Shown: positions 1-17,872 of the stretch, one piece after another | Layout of the letters: the number at the start of each line of letters is the position of its first letter | Position numbering within the stretch: the stretch's first letter is position 1 | NCBI GenBank assembly: GCA_002269645.1 | Contig: NIVC01000001.1 | Location: forward strand, 1,798,001 to 1,862,000 | Reading direction: 5' to 3' | DNA from: Macrostomum lignano | Lineage: Eukaryota | DNA: 64,000 nucleotides | Program-made: the position numbers and the translations under genes | The notes under the pieces: model-generated | Database searches by the model: none | What the model saw: only the letters and a program-made list of their open reading frames with translations | Told to the model about the DNA's origin: nothing

Positions 1-5094
<5,094 letters not shown>

Positions 5095-5319
5095 TTTGAA
5101 GGTTCAAGCTCGCGGATTCTTGGTGTCGTTCTTGCTGTGAAGAATTTGTCTGAGGGGACTTTGTAGGAGAATTTTCCCATAATGCCTCGGCCAATCAGCT
5201 CCGTTGCTATGGGCTAACTGGCACATGGCAACAAACAAGAGATTTCATTGGCAGATCGATTCGGAATACTGCGCTGTCTCAGAACAAGGCATCTGTCTGA
5301 ACAGGTGGCATAACAAGTT

Positions 5320-6615
5320 GGTGTGTCTGACAGGTAGGTTTGTGTGTCTGACAGGTAGGTTTGTGTGTCTGACAGGTAGGTTTGTGTGTCTGACAGGTAG
5401 GTTTGTGTGTCTGACAGGTATGTTTGTGTGTCTGACAGGTAGGTTTGTGTGTCTGACAGGTAGGTTTGTGTGTCTGACAGGTTTGTAGGTTGTATTGTTG
5501 GTTTGTAGGTTTGTGTGTGTCTGACTTGTGTGTCTGACAAAATTTGTAGGTTTGTGTGTGTCTGACTTGTGTGTCTGACAAAATTTGTAGGTTTGTGTGT
5601 GTCTGACAAAATTTGTAGGTTTGTGTGTGTCTGACAAAATTTGTAGGTTTGTGTGTGTCTGACGGGTAGGTTTGTGTGTCTGACAGGTAGGTTTGTGTGT
5701 GTCTGACAGGTAGGTTTGTGTGTGTCTGACAGGTAGGTTTGTGTGTCTGACAGGTAGGTTTGTGTGTTTGTGACAGGTAGGTTTGTGTGTCTGACAGGTA
5801 GGTTTGTGTGTCTGACAGGTAGGTTTGTGTGTGTGTGACAGGTAGGTTTGTGTGTCTGACAGGTAGGTTTGTGTGTGTGTGACAGGTAGGTTTGTGTGTC
5901 TGACAGGTAGGTTTGTGTGTCTGACAGGCAGGTTTGTGTGTCTGACAGGTAGGTTTGTGTGTCTGACAGGTAGGTTTGCGTGTCTGACAGGTAGGTTTGT
6001 GTGTGTGTGACAGGTAGGTTTGTGTGTCTGATAGGTAGGTTTGTATGTCTGACAGGTAGGTTTGTGTCTGACAGGTAGGTTTGTGTGTCTGACAGGTAGG
6101 TTTGTGTGTCTGACAGGTTTGTAGGTTGTATTGTAGGTTTGTAGGTTTGTGTGTGTCTGACTTGTGTGTCTGACTTGTGTGTCTGACAAAATTTGTAGGT
6201 TTGTGTGTGTCTGACAGGTAGGTTTGTGTGTCTGACAGGTAGGTTTGTGTGTTTGTGACAGGTAGGTTTGTGTGTCTGACAGGTAGGTTTGTGTGTCTGA
6301 CAGGTAGGTTTGTGTGTGTGTGACAGGTAGGTTTGTGTGTCTGACGGGTAGGTTTGTGTGTGTCTGACGGGTAGGTTTGTGTGTCTGACAGGTAGGTTTG
6401 TGTGTGTGTGACAGGTAGGTTTGTGTGTGTCTGACGGGTAGGTTTGTGTGTCTGACGGGTAGGTTTGTGTGTGTCTGACGGGTAGGTTTGTGTGTCTGAC
6501 AGGTAGGTTTGTGTGTCTGACAGGTAGGTTTGTGTGTCTGACAGGTAGGTTTGTGTGTCTGACAGGTAGGTTTGTGTGTCTGACAGGTAGGTTTGTGTGT
6601 CTGACAGGTAGGTTT
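5320..6615. repeat. ~21-bp minisatellite (tgtgtctgacaggtaggtttg) with variable TG run
   Basis: Visible tandem units upstream of the lectin-gene start. Confidence 0.95.
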
Positions 6616-7068
6616 GCATTTTGTAGACTTCAATCTTTAATTGCAATTAATATTTCCTTACAATAATTTAATTAATATAAATAACAATCATATTAATTAT
6701 ATTGATTGACACCTCGAATTAACGAATTTACTAAATCATAAAGCGAAAAAAACCGGAATTCTATGATTAGTGCAAGGCAATCACTCATTTTTTTAAGTCC
6801 AGCGCTTTGTCTTTCATCGATAATTAATTGCAGTTTGTAATTAACAATAATTGCATCGTCAATTTAGATAAATTGCCAATAATCAGATTGCCAAAAGAGA
6901 AACCAGACGTAGCCAAAGTTTTTTTTAATTTATCGCAGAACTCTTTACTTTCTACTTGCAACAGTAGAAATGAATATGTAATGCATTTTATTAACTTAGT
7001 TTGGAGCGAAATTGCCAAGTATTAAGTATGTAAAGGTGCGTGTTAATTGCTACTTGTGGGGCGGGTCC

Positions 7069-7827
7069 TCAGACTCCGGCCAAATCGAGATCGGCTGCCC
7101 CATCGCCGAACTGCCACATCCTTTCACCCTCCAAGTCGAGGCCCTCCTCCTCGTCTTCCAGCATCCACTGCTGCATCTTCACATCGCTCATTTCGCCCAG
7201 CTCAGCCTCCTCCATCTCGGCGTCGCTCTCCTCGCTCAGTGACAGCAGGCTGTCTCGAGCTTTGGCCTCGGCCGCGTACTTGTCTAGCAGATCTCTGTTG
7301 ACAATCTTGAAGCCCAGCGGGTTGATCAGCTCGCTCAGCCGGGTGAACACCTCGTAATTGTCCGGGTGGAAGAACTCGTCCGGCTCCGGGCTGGAGATGC
7401 ACAGCAGGTCGCAGCAGTAGACGTACATGCAGTACGACGGGTGCAGCGAGGCTTCCACGGGCATCCGGAAGACTTCGCGCCAGAACGGGCCGAGCAGGAT
7501 CCGGTGCAGGTCGGTGAGCAGCAGGAACTTCTGGTGCAGCAGGGAGATCAGCTTCAGGCCGTAGTGGATCAGCGGCACAGTGAGGGGCAGCAGGAATCCG
7601 ATCAGGATGGAGTTCGCGTCAATGAAACTGAAGATCTTCAGGGTTAGTCGGGACTGGCCCACCTGGTCCAGGGCCTGCTTCACGTTCATTGACCGGCCCA
7701 GCAGGTCGAACTTGCCGTGCAGACTGGCCGCCTGCAGGGGGTCCACGATGAGCGGCAGCTCGGCTCGCTCGTCTGTGTTGATGCAGAAGGAGACTGTGCC
7801 CTGGCCTGAGCCCACGTAGCAGGACAT
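7069..7827 (-). CDS. Intronless 252-aa protein of unknown function with acidic C-terminal tail
   Basis: ATG at 7827 with an acceptor-like accccag 7 nt upstream. GC3-rich codon usage like the neighbouring genes, non-repetitive sequence, and AT-rich DNA after the stop. No family recognised. Confidence 0.75.
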   Translation of the reverse strand: MSCYVGSGQGTVSFCINTDERAELPLIVDPLQAASLHGKFDLLGRSMNVKQALDQVGQSRLTLKIFSFIDANSILIGFLLPLTVPLIHYGLKLISLLHQKFLLLTDLHRILLGPFWREVFRMPVEASLHPSYCMYVYCCDLLCISSPEPDEFFHPDNYEVFTRLSELINPLGFKIVNRDLLDKYAAEAKARDSLLSLSEESDAEMEEAELGEMSDVKMQQWMLEDEEEGLDLEGERMWQFGDGAADLDLAGV

Positions 7828-7844
7828 TGCTCAGCTGGGGTCTG

Positions 7845-7950
7845 CTGACTGTCTGCTGACCTGTCAGATTAGTGACTGCTGACTGTGTCAGATAAGTGAC
7901 TGCTGACTGTGTCAGATTAGTGACTGCTGACTGTGTCAGATTAGTGACTG
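7845..7950. repeat. Short 24-bp tandem repeat (gactgtgtcagattagtgactgct)
   Basis: About 4 visible units. Confidence 0.8.
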
Positions 7951-8224
7951 CAGGATGACTGTCTGATGAACGTCTGTTGGCTGTCCAATGCGTGCTGTTT
8001 CGGACAAAGTCAGGCCAAATCTGTTGTTAGAGTGAAATTGCATGTATTTCTTTCTCATTATTGCAAATTAAAATCCTGACTATGAAATCCTCTTACCACA
8101 GACATTAAAACTGACTTTGGAATTCATCCAGGTTGTTCCACTGCTTCCTTAATATATGTCACGAATGGCGCCTTAGAATTATATTTTTGTTGCTTGCTGA
8201 GAACAAGTCATTCAAAGAACCGCG

Positions 8225-8560
8225 ATTTAATTGCCTCACCTGAAGAATCGCCCATCGGGAGAATCGCTCATCTGGAGAATCGCCCACCTGGAGAATCGCC
8301 CACCTGGAGAATCGCCCACCTGGAGAATCGCCCACCTGGAGAATCGCCCACCTGGAGAACCGCCCACCTGGAGAACCGGCCAACTGGAGAACCGGCCACC
8401 TGGAGAACCGGCCACCTGGAGAACCGGCCACCTGGAGAACCGGCCAACTGGAGAACCGGCCACCTGGAGAACCGGCCACCTGGAGAACCGGCCACCTGGA
8501 GAACCGGCCACCTGGAGAACCGGCCACCTGGAGAACCGGCCACCTGGAGAACCGGCCATA
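8225..8560. repeat. 16-bp minisatellite ggagaatcgcccacct grading into ggagaaccggccacct
   Basis: Visible units; followed by a strong + strand acceptor (cccttcttaccttccag, AG ending at 8578). Confidence 0.95.
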
Positions 8561-9429
8561 ACCCTTCTTACCTTCCAGCTCATTCCGCGCCGCCCTCATC
8601 AATCAATGTCGCCCAGTGCTCCACAATTTGCCTCTAAAAGCAGCAATGAGCCGCAGCCAGAAATCTCCACTGCAAAAGCAAACAGTCCTCAGTGATTGAG
8701 CAGCGGATCTGCTGAAAGAAACTGTAGCTGTGTTGATTTTAAGTCTCCAGGCCTCAGACTGGAGTATTTGCCCGGGAAATGCTCTCCTAGAAGAAGTCTT
8801 GGCAGAGGGCGGGGCTGGCGGCAGTGGAGGCCGCTGGATTTACTCAGTGCATCCGTAATGCCCTGCCCTCCCCTGATGAGGCCGCTCCGTCTCTCTCAGG
8901 CTCTGTTTTGCAACTCATGACAGTTTCTTTAAATGCAGTTATGGGGGCTCAGTTTCCGGCACGCGAAGTGTTTGCCGACCTGAGCTGACTGAGTCCGGCT
9001 GATGGCCTGCCAAGCCCTCAGTGCCGTTTCCAGTTCTTGTCTTATAGAAGAGGAAATTTATCCCCAATTCCGTGGCGTCGCCTTTGCTCCACAGCTGCTT
9101 TTGTTTGTCTGCGCACTCCTCAATGCCGTGTGAGATCCCATTGGCTCAGGCCTCCCCCCCAGCGAATCTCCCCAGTCCCGCTCAGTTTTCCCCAAAAATC
9201 CTCTGCAAGCGAGCAGCCGCCGCAATTCCCACAATCAATCTCTGGCTAGGGGATTTTGTCCCACTTTAAATTCTGGGAGGATAAATTTCCCAACTCAAAG
9301 CCGCGACAGCCGCCGACTTTTCAATCCGCGACAGGACCGACCGGACACCCGGCTTGAGCAGCGGTAAGTCTCGGCTGCAGCGGCCGCTGGCGGGACTTTG
9401 AAGGTCCGGCAGACTGTCGACTCTGCTGC

Positions 9430-10140
9430 TTGTGGAAGCTCTCCATCCAGTCTCTCACTCTCCATCCAGCCTCTCACTCTCCATCCAGTCTCTCACTCTC
9501 CATCCAGCCTCTCACTCTCCATCCAGCCTCTCACTCTCCATCCAGTCTCTCACTCTCCATCCTCTCACTCTCAATCCAGCCTCTCACTCTCCATCCAGCC
9601 TCTCACTCTCCATCCAGTCTTTCACTCTCCATCCAGTCTCTCACTCTCAATCCATCCTCTCACTCTCAATCCAGCCTCTCACTCTCCATCCAGTCTCTCA
9701 CTCTCAATCCAGCCTCTCACTCTCCATCCAGTCTCTCACTCTCCATCCAGTCTCTCACTCTCAATCCAGCCTCTCACTCTCCATCCAGTCTCTCACTCTC
9801 CATCCAGCCTCTCACTCTCCATCCAGTCTCTCACTCTCCATCCAGTCTTTCACTCTCCATCCAGTCTCTCACTCTCAATCCAGCCTCTCACTCTCCATCC
9901 AGTCTCTCACTCTCCATCCAGCCTCTCACTCTCCATCCAGTCTCTCACTCTCCATCCAGTCTTTCACTCTCCATCCAGTCTCTCACTCTCAATCCAGCCT
10001 CTCACTCTCCATCCAGTCTCTCACTCTCCATCCAGCCTCTCACTCTCCATCCAGTCTCTCACTCTCCATCCAGTCTCTCACTCTCCATCCAGTCTCTCAC
10101 TCTCCATCCAGTCTCTCACTCTCCATCCAGCCTCCACTCT
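9430..10140. repeat. 19-bp minisatellite (ccag[c/t]ctctcactctccat)
   Basis: Visible units, downstream of a + strand donor gtaagt at 9364. Confidence 0.95.
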
Positions 10141-10719
10141 CTCCATCTCCCTTCCTCTCACACGACCTCATGTCGATCCTCTCATTTTTCCCATCATCCC
10201 CGGTCCCATCTCTCCACCTTGCCCTTCATCGGCACTCCAGTTCCGCATTTCCTTCCAGTCTCGCACAGCACAGCAAAGTGCGGGCAGTGCGAGTTGAAAT
10301 TCCATTCCCAACTTATCCGCAGAACTGCAGACCTTGAGCCTTGAGCACTGCACTGCTTCTTCTGCCCACTACAAGAGGTTGAGCAAAAAGTCTGTCAGCT
10401 TTCTCAGACACCAGAGTTGCCTTTTTTGGCCACGGAAAATCTTTTTTCTTCGGTTGAGTTGAATGGCAGGGTGGGCAGCCCTTAGCCTGCCGCCCTGAGA
10501 AGCGGATTTTTTATTTAATTTTTTGCCATACGATTAGCCGAACACCTGCAGCCAGTCAAATATTGGCTGCCGGTCTGCCCGCTAGAGTTCTTTGAGGCCA
10601 TCGTGACTGGCGGGTTCAGGAGGGCTCGAACTGCGGCTGCTGGACCTTTCTGAGAACTCTTGATCTTCTGGCTTTGATAACTTTATCCCTTACAGTTTGA
10701 TCCCTTAAGGCTTGAGCAC

Positions 10720-11164
10720 AGCAGTCAGCAGAGTCAGTGACTCTACCCCTGAGGCCCTGGCCCTTAGCAGTCAGTGACTCTCTCCCCTGACCCTTAGCAG
10801 TCAGTGACTCTCTCCCCTGACCCTCAGCAGTCAGTGACTCTCTCCCCTGACTCTCAGCAGTCAGTGACTCTCTCCCCTGACCCTTAGCAGTCAGTGACTC
10901 TCTCCCCTGACCCTCAGCAGTCAGTGACTCTCTCACCTGACTCTCAGCAGTCAGTGACTCTCTCCCCTGACCCTCAGCAGTCAGTGACTCTCTCACCTGA
11001 CTCTCAGCAGTCAGTGACTCTCTCCCCTGACTCTCAGCAGTCAGTGACTCTCTCCCCTGACTCTCAGCAGTCAGTGACTCTCTCCCCTGACTCTCAGCAG
11101 TCAGTGACTCTCTCCCCTGACCTTCAGCAGTCAGTGACTCTCTCCCCTGACCCTCAGCAGTCAG
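10720..11164. repeat. 30-bp minisatellite (cagtcagtgactctctcccctgactctcag) ending at the putative SCP acceptor
   Basis: Visible units; the last unit ends tcag immediately before cgATG. Confidence 0.95.
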
Positions 11165-11166
11165 CG

Positions 11167-11775
11167 ATGAGTTCCGCCATCAGCTCCAGCCCGTCAGTCG
11201 TGGATGCCACGAAGCCAAAGCCGCGCCGTCCCACCGACTACCCGCCGAACGGCTTCGGCGACTTCTGGCAGCGGAAGCTGCGCACGAGTTTCCGCCGGAT
11301 GAACCGCAGCGGCTCCGGGCTGCTGACTCGCGACGACTTCCGCGCCATCGGCGACGAGATGGTCCGCCTGGGTGGCCTGTCGGGCCAGCGCGCCGAGGAC
11401 GTCAGGGCGGTGATGCTGAGGATCTGGGATGACTACTACAGGCCGAGGGAGGGCGGCTCGGGCATCAGCGCCGACCAGTACGTGGCGCAGAAGTGCCGGA
11501 TGGTCAACGGCCCGTTGCGTGATGACGTCACCCGCTACGGCCAGGAGCTGTTCAAGGCGATGGACCACAACGGGGACGAGAGGATCTCGCGCGAGGAGTA
11601 CCGGATCTTCACCGAGGCCTGGGGCATCGGCGACCGCGCCAGGGATGAGATGTTCGAGCTGATGCAGCGCGATGGAGCCGTGGCGAAGGAGGACTTCTTG
11701 AGCGCCCTGGCCGACTTCTACATCAGCGAGGATGAGAGCTCGCCGTATTCCAGGCTGTTTGGCGACCTGTGCTGA
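11167..11775 (+). CDS. Sarcoplasmic calcium-binding protein (SCP)/calexcitin-like EF-hand protein
   Basis: ATG at 11167. FWQRKLRTSFRRM...LTRDDF, ELFKAMDHNGDERISREEY and C-terminal DFYISEDESS...LFGDL parallel annelid SCP. The repeat-encoded N-terminus of the track ORF (10894) is excluded. Confidence 0.85.
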   Translation: MSSAISSSPSVVDATKPKPRRPTDYPPNGFGDFWQRKLRTSFRRMNRSGSGLLTRDDFRAIGDEMVRLGGLSGQRAEDVRAVMLRIWDDYYRPREGGSGISADQYVAQKCRMVNGPLRDDVTRYGQELFKAMDHNGDERISREEYRIFTEAWGIGDRARDEMFELMQRDGAVAKEDFLSALADFYISEDESSPYSRLFGDLC

Positions 11776-13584
11776 CCTCGGTGGCCTTGGGTGACTTTGG
11801 TGGCCTTACGTGCTGACCTTCGACTGACCTTGCAGTGACCTTTGGCGACCTCTACTGACCTGGGTTGAGCTTGGCTCACCTTGAGTGACCTCTACTGACC
11901 TCGGTTGAGCTTGGATGACCTCTGTTGACCCAATTGGTGACCTTGGAGTGACTTCGGGTGACCTGTCCTGTTTTAACCCTGAATTACTATAGATTGGAAA
12001 AGTTAATTATGTTAACAAAAGCTATTGGGACAATTTAATTACATAATAAACAATCGGCATCTACTTTTGCAAAATATATTAAATGTTCGTCACTTTGCTG
12101 AATCCCAGTGCGAGCATATGCTGCCGTTAGTTTTAAAAAAAGCAACGCTTTTCTCGATTGTTCAATGGTAATTGGCCAGAAATTTCTTCGGCTCTCGGGA
12201 TTTAATCACATACCGACCTAAAACCCATAGAATATCTTATACATACTAAGATTTAATACGGCCCGTGAAAGATCTATGTTCTCTTCAATTTAATGCAGAA
12301 AGCACCACTGTTTAATATAGTCTATGGTCTTTACCAGACGGTCCAGACCAAAGATCATATATACACAAGATGGGCCACCATAATTAGAAGCTAATGTGAA
12401 CATTTTTGCAACTCGCGACAGCGCGAAAATCAACTACTGAACTAAATTTCGTCAGTAGTCTCTGCAGTGCATGCATCATGCTTAGTTTATTTAGTACCTT
12501 ATTTATAATTCTTCATATAATAATTTATATAGGAATAGAAGATCTATGGTCGAGACTGAAGAACTGACCTGTTCCTTAGTGCGAAGAAATGCTTGAAATG
12601 AAAAGGTTCAAACAAATAAAGTAACGGAAAACGTGAGTCGAGAAATAGAATAGCCCTCGCTGACTACAAAACTACATGTAGCGCATGCCTCTCATCAATT
12701 AGAGTAATCTACCTGTTGATTCTCTGAACGGGCTGACAAGTAATGAGCTATCGCCATTGACCGAGCTTAGTAGAAAGGAGCAGCAGAATGATGCTGAGTT
12801 GGAGAAATAATTCATCAATTGGCTTGACAGCGCCTACGCATCACTATAGAGGTGACAGGTGTGAAAACAGGTTAGTGGCTATGCTCTAAAATACTGATTC
12901 CGACGCTTCTTTGAATACTGTTTAGCTTCCAGAACTGCTCCTTCAACTTCTGATGGGCCCAAGAATAGAAAAGCCAAAGTGCTACCATGACTCATATTAG
13001 CCGTAAATAACGGCCCAATGCGCGTGACAATAAATTATCGCTGTGCCTTATGTACAATGGCGCATGTTTTTTTCGCAACCAGCTAGTCACTGGCGGCCCC
13101 GACTGCCGTCATGCCAAGGAGTATTAAAGTATGGAAGGTCGGGAAGCTCGCTTTCTTAGAAAGTATTTGATTGTATAATTAACTGTTTAACTTCCGAATG
13201 AATTTGCGATCCCGCTACAAACAATTGTATTTTTGATTTATTGACTTGCTTATTTAGCATGACTAATTTTAATTAGGATGATTAAATTTAAAAGTTGCAG
13301 TCTCGAGAAAACGGAAGCCAAAAAAATTTGATGCTTAATTCTATACAAAATATCAGGCGAAAATTTCCTGCATAAATTAGGTGGCAGTAAATCAAATAGA
13401 AAGGCTGACAGATATTGGAGCAAGCAGTGGTAAAAAGAGATTTCAAAAACATAACTACTGCTAGTAGTAGTAAAAATGATATTCTAAAAATATGTGAATG
13501 ATTAAAACTATTTATGGTCAGATATTTCAATGCGAGTCTGATCAATTTAAATAAATTATATTTTATTCCTTTTAGTAATACATG

Positions 13585-13800
13585 TAGGTGCCCTTATCCC
13601 CAATACTGCAGTGCGCAGGTGCCATTATCCCCAATACTGCAGTGCGCAGGTGCCATTATCCCCAATACTGCAGTGCACAGGTGGCATTATCCCCAATACT
13701 GCAGTGCACAGGTGCCATTATCCCCAATACTGCAGTGCACAGGTGGCATTATCCCCAATACTGCAGTGCACAGGTGCCATTATCCCCAATACTGCATTGC
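13585..13800. repeat. 31-bp minisatellite (aggtgccattatccccaatactgcagtgcac)
   Basis: About 7 visible units. Confidence 0.95.
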
Positions 13801-14223
13801 CTAATAGTTAAAGAGAAAAGTAAAGCTAAAAATATTGGCTGTCGAATGAGCACTGAAAATACTATTTAAACAATTAGTGGGAAGATCTGTAAATAAAAAA
13901 ATTGAAACATTTTGGACATGCCTAACTTTTTTTTTTCAAAAGAAACTTTGATTGTACAAAAAATGATTGAAAGTTATTTGTCACGCTATTGATAAACAAT
14001 AATTGTTGTAAATCATAACAAAAACATGTAGCACAAAATTCAGTCAGTGCGAAAAAAATTCCGTTAATATTGCACAATATTTGATAATAAAAATAAGTTT
14101 ATAGTTGTAGCACGCATTATAATCCGATAGCTACTGACAGTAGTAGTAGTGAGGTTCCTGAAGTGAGATTCTATTTTTAGATCAGTCCGATTTAGCGAGT
14201 TTTACGCGATTTCAGTTATTTAT

Positions 14224-17200
14224 TTAATCGATTGAGCATTCGGTCATTGTGCGCCGCTTGAAATCGGCAACAATCTTCATCGCCTGGAACCGGTGTGCAG
14301 AGCAGATTACCGGTATTGCAGTTATTCTTTTATTTGCAGACGGTTTTTCCAGGATAGTAAATTGGGGCGATTTTTCTAGGATAATAAATACGAGCGTAGG
14401 AGCGATTTTCTAGGATTGTAAATAGGAGCGATTTTCTAGGATTGTAAATAGGGGCGATTTTTCTAGGATTGTAAATAGGGGCGATTTTCTAGGATTGTAA
14501 AAAGGAGCGATTTTTCTAGGATTATAAATAGGGGCGATTTTTCTAGGATTTTAAATAGGGGCGATTTTTCTAGGATTATAAATAGGGGCGATTTTCTAGG
14601 ATTGTAAATAGGGGCGATTTTTCTAGGATTGTAAATAGGGGCGATTTTCTAGGATTGTAAATAGGGGCGATTTTTCTAGGATTGTAAATAGGGGCGATTT
14701 TTCTAGGATTTTAAATAGGGGCGATTTTTCTAGGATTGTAAATAGGGGCGATTTTTCTAGGATTGTAAATAGGGGCGATTTTCTAGGATTGTAAAAAGGA
14801 GCGATTTTTCTAGGATTATAAATAGGGGCGATTTTTCTAGGATTTTAAATAGGGGCGATTTTTCTAGGATTATAAATAGGGGCGATTTTCTAGGATTGTA
14901 AATAGGGGCGATTTTTCTAGGATTGTAAATAGGGGCGATTTTTCTAGGATTTTAAATAGGGGCGATTTTTCTAGGATTGTAAATAGGGGCGATTTTTCTA
15001 GGATTGTAAATAGGGGCGATTTTTCTAGGATTGTAAATAGGGGCGATTTTTCTAGGATTGTAAATAGGGGCAATTTTTCTAGGATTGTAAATAGGGGCGA
15101 TTTTCTAGGATTGTAAATAGGGGCGATTTTCTAGGATTGTAAATAGGGGCGATTTTCTAGGATTGTAAATAGGGGCGATTTTCTAGGATTGTAAATAGGG
15201 GCGATTTTCTAGGATTGTAAATAGGGGCGATTTTCTAGGATTGTAAATAGGAGCGATTTTTCTAGGATTGTAAATAGGGGCGATTTTCTAGGATTGTAAA
15301 TAGGGGCGATTTTCTAGGATTGTAAATAGGGGCGATTTTCTAGGATTGTAAATAGGGGCGATTTTCTAGGATTGTAAATAGGGGCGATTTTCTAGGATTG
15401 TAAATAGGAGCGATTTTTCTAGGATTGTAAATAGGGGCGATATTTCTATGATTAGATTCTAAATTGGGGCGATTTTCCAGGATTGTAAATAGGGGCGATT
15501 TTTCTAGGATTGTAAATAGGGGCGATTTTCTAGGATTGTAAATAGGAGCGATTTTTCTAGGATTGTAAATAGGGGCGATATTTCTATGATTAGATTCTAA
15601 ATTGGGGCGATTTTCCAGGATTGTAAATAGGGGCGATTTTTCTAGGATTGTAAATAGGGGCGATTTTTCTAGGATTTTAAATAGGGGCGATTTTTCTAGG
15701 GTTATAAATAGGGTTGACTTTTCCAGGATTGTAAATAGGGGCGATTTTCCAGGATTGTAAATAGGGGCGATTTTCTAGGATTGTGAATAGGGGCGATTTT
15801 CTAGGATTGTGAATAGGGGCGATTTTCTAGGATTGTGAATAGGGGCGATTTTCTAGGATTGTGAATAGGGGCGATTTTTCTAGGATAAAAGTAAAGCCGA
15901 TTTTCTATAATACAATAGTAAATAGGAGTGATTTTTCTTGGATAGTAAATAGCAGCAATTGTTCCAAAATGTTAAAATATATCTGATATTGATTCTCTTT
16001 TTAAAAATTGGAGATTTTTCATGGAGATTTATGCATCCCAAAAAACAGAGACAGCCAAGCCTCAGCCTCACCGTCTGCAGAGCCGACACCCAGGCCAGCG
16101 TGGCGCGCTGCGTCTCCGGACGTCGGCTGGACAGCTCGGCTCTCACCGACTCGCCCGAGGAGTTGCGCCAGCAGATGCGGATGCCGCAAGGCAGGCTGCT
16201 GGCTGCGGGTCGGTGAGGGGCTTGCGATTGGTGGGGCTGACTCTGTGCGATTGGTGGGGCTGACTCTGTGCGATTGATGGGGCTGACTCTGTGCGATTGA
16301 TGGGGCTGACTCTGTGCGATTGATGGGGCTGACTCTGTGCGATTGATGAAGCTGACTCTGTGCGAGTGATGAAGCTGACTCTGTGCGAGTGATGAAGCTG
16401 ACTCTGTGCGAGTGATGAAGCTGACTCTGTGCGATTGATGAAGCTGACTCTGTGCGATTGATGAAGCTGACTCTGTGCGATTGATGGGGCTGACTCTGTG
16501 CGATTGATGGGGCTGACTCTGTTCGATTGATGGGGCTGACTCTGTGCGATTGATGGGGCTGACTCTAGGCGATTTCATATTGATGGGGCGGCTGACTCTA
16601 GGCGATTTCATATGACTTTTTCAGCGTCAAGGTCTTCAAAGAGATATGTCAGCAAAGCCAAGCATCAAACAGAATGCAGTTTATAGTCTATCATACGAAA
16701 TATAAAGGAAATGAAAGCAGCGCATAGGCTTCTGTTTGCAGTGAAGACAAGCAAGTTACAAAACAAAGGGGAAGCAAAATGCACATACAGATCCCAAGGA
16801 ACCGATTCGATATATCGAGAACTGATTTACCATCGGAATCAATAACAGTGACGAGGTCACAGCTCTGCACAGCCAGCAGGGGAATTGGTTCCGGCTTGGT
16901 GGATGTCAAGCCGCTGCCACCGCCTTCAAATTGTAGAGACCTGCGCGTGAGATAATAAGTAGTAATAAATCACTCTGTTTGTCATTTGTCAGAGGGGAAA
17001 GGAGAATGAAAGAGGGGAGAGGGGACAGGGAAAGAAAGGAAGAAACGAAGAGGGGAGAAGAAGGAGAGGGAAAGACGTGAGAGGGGAGGGGAAAGGACGG
17101 GAAGAAGTGAGAGGGGAGGGGAAAGGACGGGAAGAAGTGAGAGGGGAGGGGAAAGGACGGGAAGAAGTGAGAGGGGAGGGGAAAGGACGGGAAGAAGTGA

Positions 17201-17872
17201 GAGGGGAGGGGAAAGGACGGGAAGAAGTGAGAGGGGAGAAGAAGGACGGGAAGAAGTGAGAGGGGAGGGGAAAGGACGGGAAGAGGGCAGGGGAAGGAGA
17301 GGGAAAGAGGGGAGAGAGGAGGAGAAAGGTCGGGAAGAGGCTAGGAGAGAGGAAAGGAGGGGAAGAGAGGAGAGGGGAGGAAAGGAGAGGGGAGATAGGG
17401 AGGTAAAAACAGGAACCTGAGATTGGGGAAAGCCAGAGGACAAGGCGCACCGCTGATCGGTCGCCAGCCGGCAGACGAACACTCCGGCTGCTGAGCCGCC
17501 CAAGGACAGCTCAAAAGTGCAGCCGGCAATAAGCAGGCGGATCTGTCGGCCATAGAAGCCGGCTTCAGCTCTGGTGGCCTCGGCGCATGCCTGGCAGTGC
17601 AGCACGGGATCCACGAAGCCCATGCGCGGCAGCGGCAGGCGGTGCTGGCAGCAGTCTGAGCAGGCGCACACCCCGCAGCGCCGGCAGTGATGGCGCCGGT
17701 TTGACAGGCTGAACCGGCAGCTGCAAAGGCTGCAGGCTGGACAGTCGCGATCACTCTGCCAGGCGGGTTCGTCTAAGGACAGCGGCGAGGGCTCGCTGCT
17801 GCCAGCTGAATCGTGCGGCACCACCATGCGGAGCCCGCTGCGACTGCGGATGAGCTGCTTGCCTGAGGACAT
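14224..17872 (-). CDS. ZFYVE21: Zinc finger FYVE domain-containing protein 21
   Basis: Exons 17872-17451, 16940-16831, 16202-16072 and 14283-14224; all GT-AG and phase-consistent. N-terminal LIRSRSGLRMV, WQSD, RRHHCRRCG, RMGFVDPV and C-terminal LAWVSALQTAMKIV match the ZFYVE21 architecture. Confidence 0.92.
14360..15890. repeat. 26/27-bp minisatellite (aaataggggcgatttt(t)ctaggattgt) in ZFYVE21 intron 3
   Basis: Visible units. Confidence 0.97.
16225..16610. repeat. 23-bp minisatellite (ctgactctgtgcgattgatgggg) in ZFYVE21 intron 2
   Basis: Visible units. Confidence 0.95.
16990..17400. repeat. Purine-rich tract with 30-bp unit (gagaggggaggggaaaggacgggaagaagt) in ZFYVE21 intron 1
   Basis: Visible units. 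Confidence 0.9.

Noticed and set aside
10894-11166. TLSPDSQQSV-repeat N-terminal extension of the EF-hand protein
   Set aside because: It starts at GTG inside a minisatellite. The first ATG (11167) follows an acceptor-like tcag, and SCP homology begins after it.
12226-12548. CATAGA...TCTATG-bounded P-like MITE
   Set aside because: Terminal similarity is short and the flanks show no target-site duplication.
14360-15890. Regular 20-47-bp arrays as CRISPR loci
   Set aside because: Units are head-to-tail with no unique spacers, there are no cas genes, and the context is eukaryotic and intronic.
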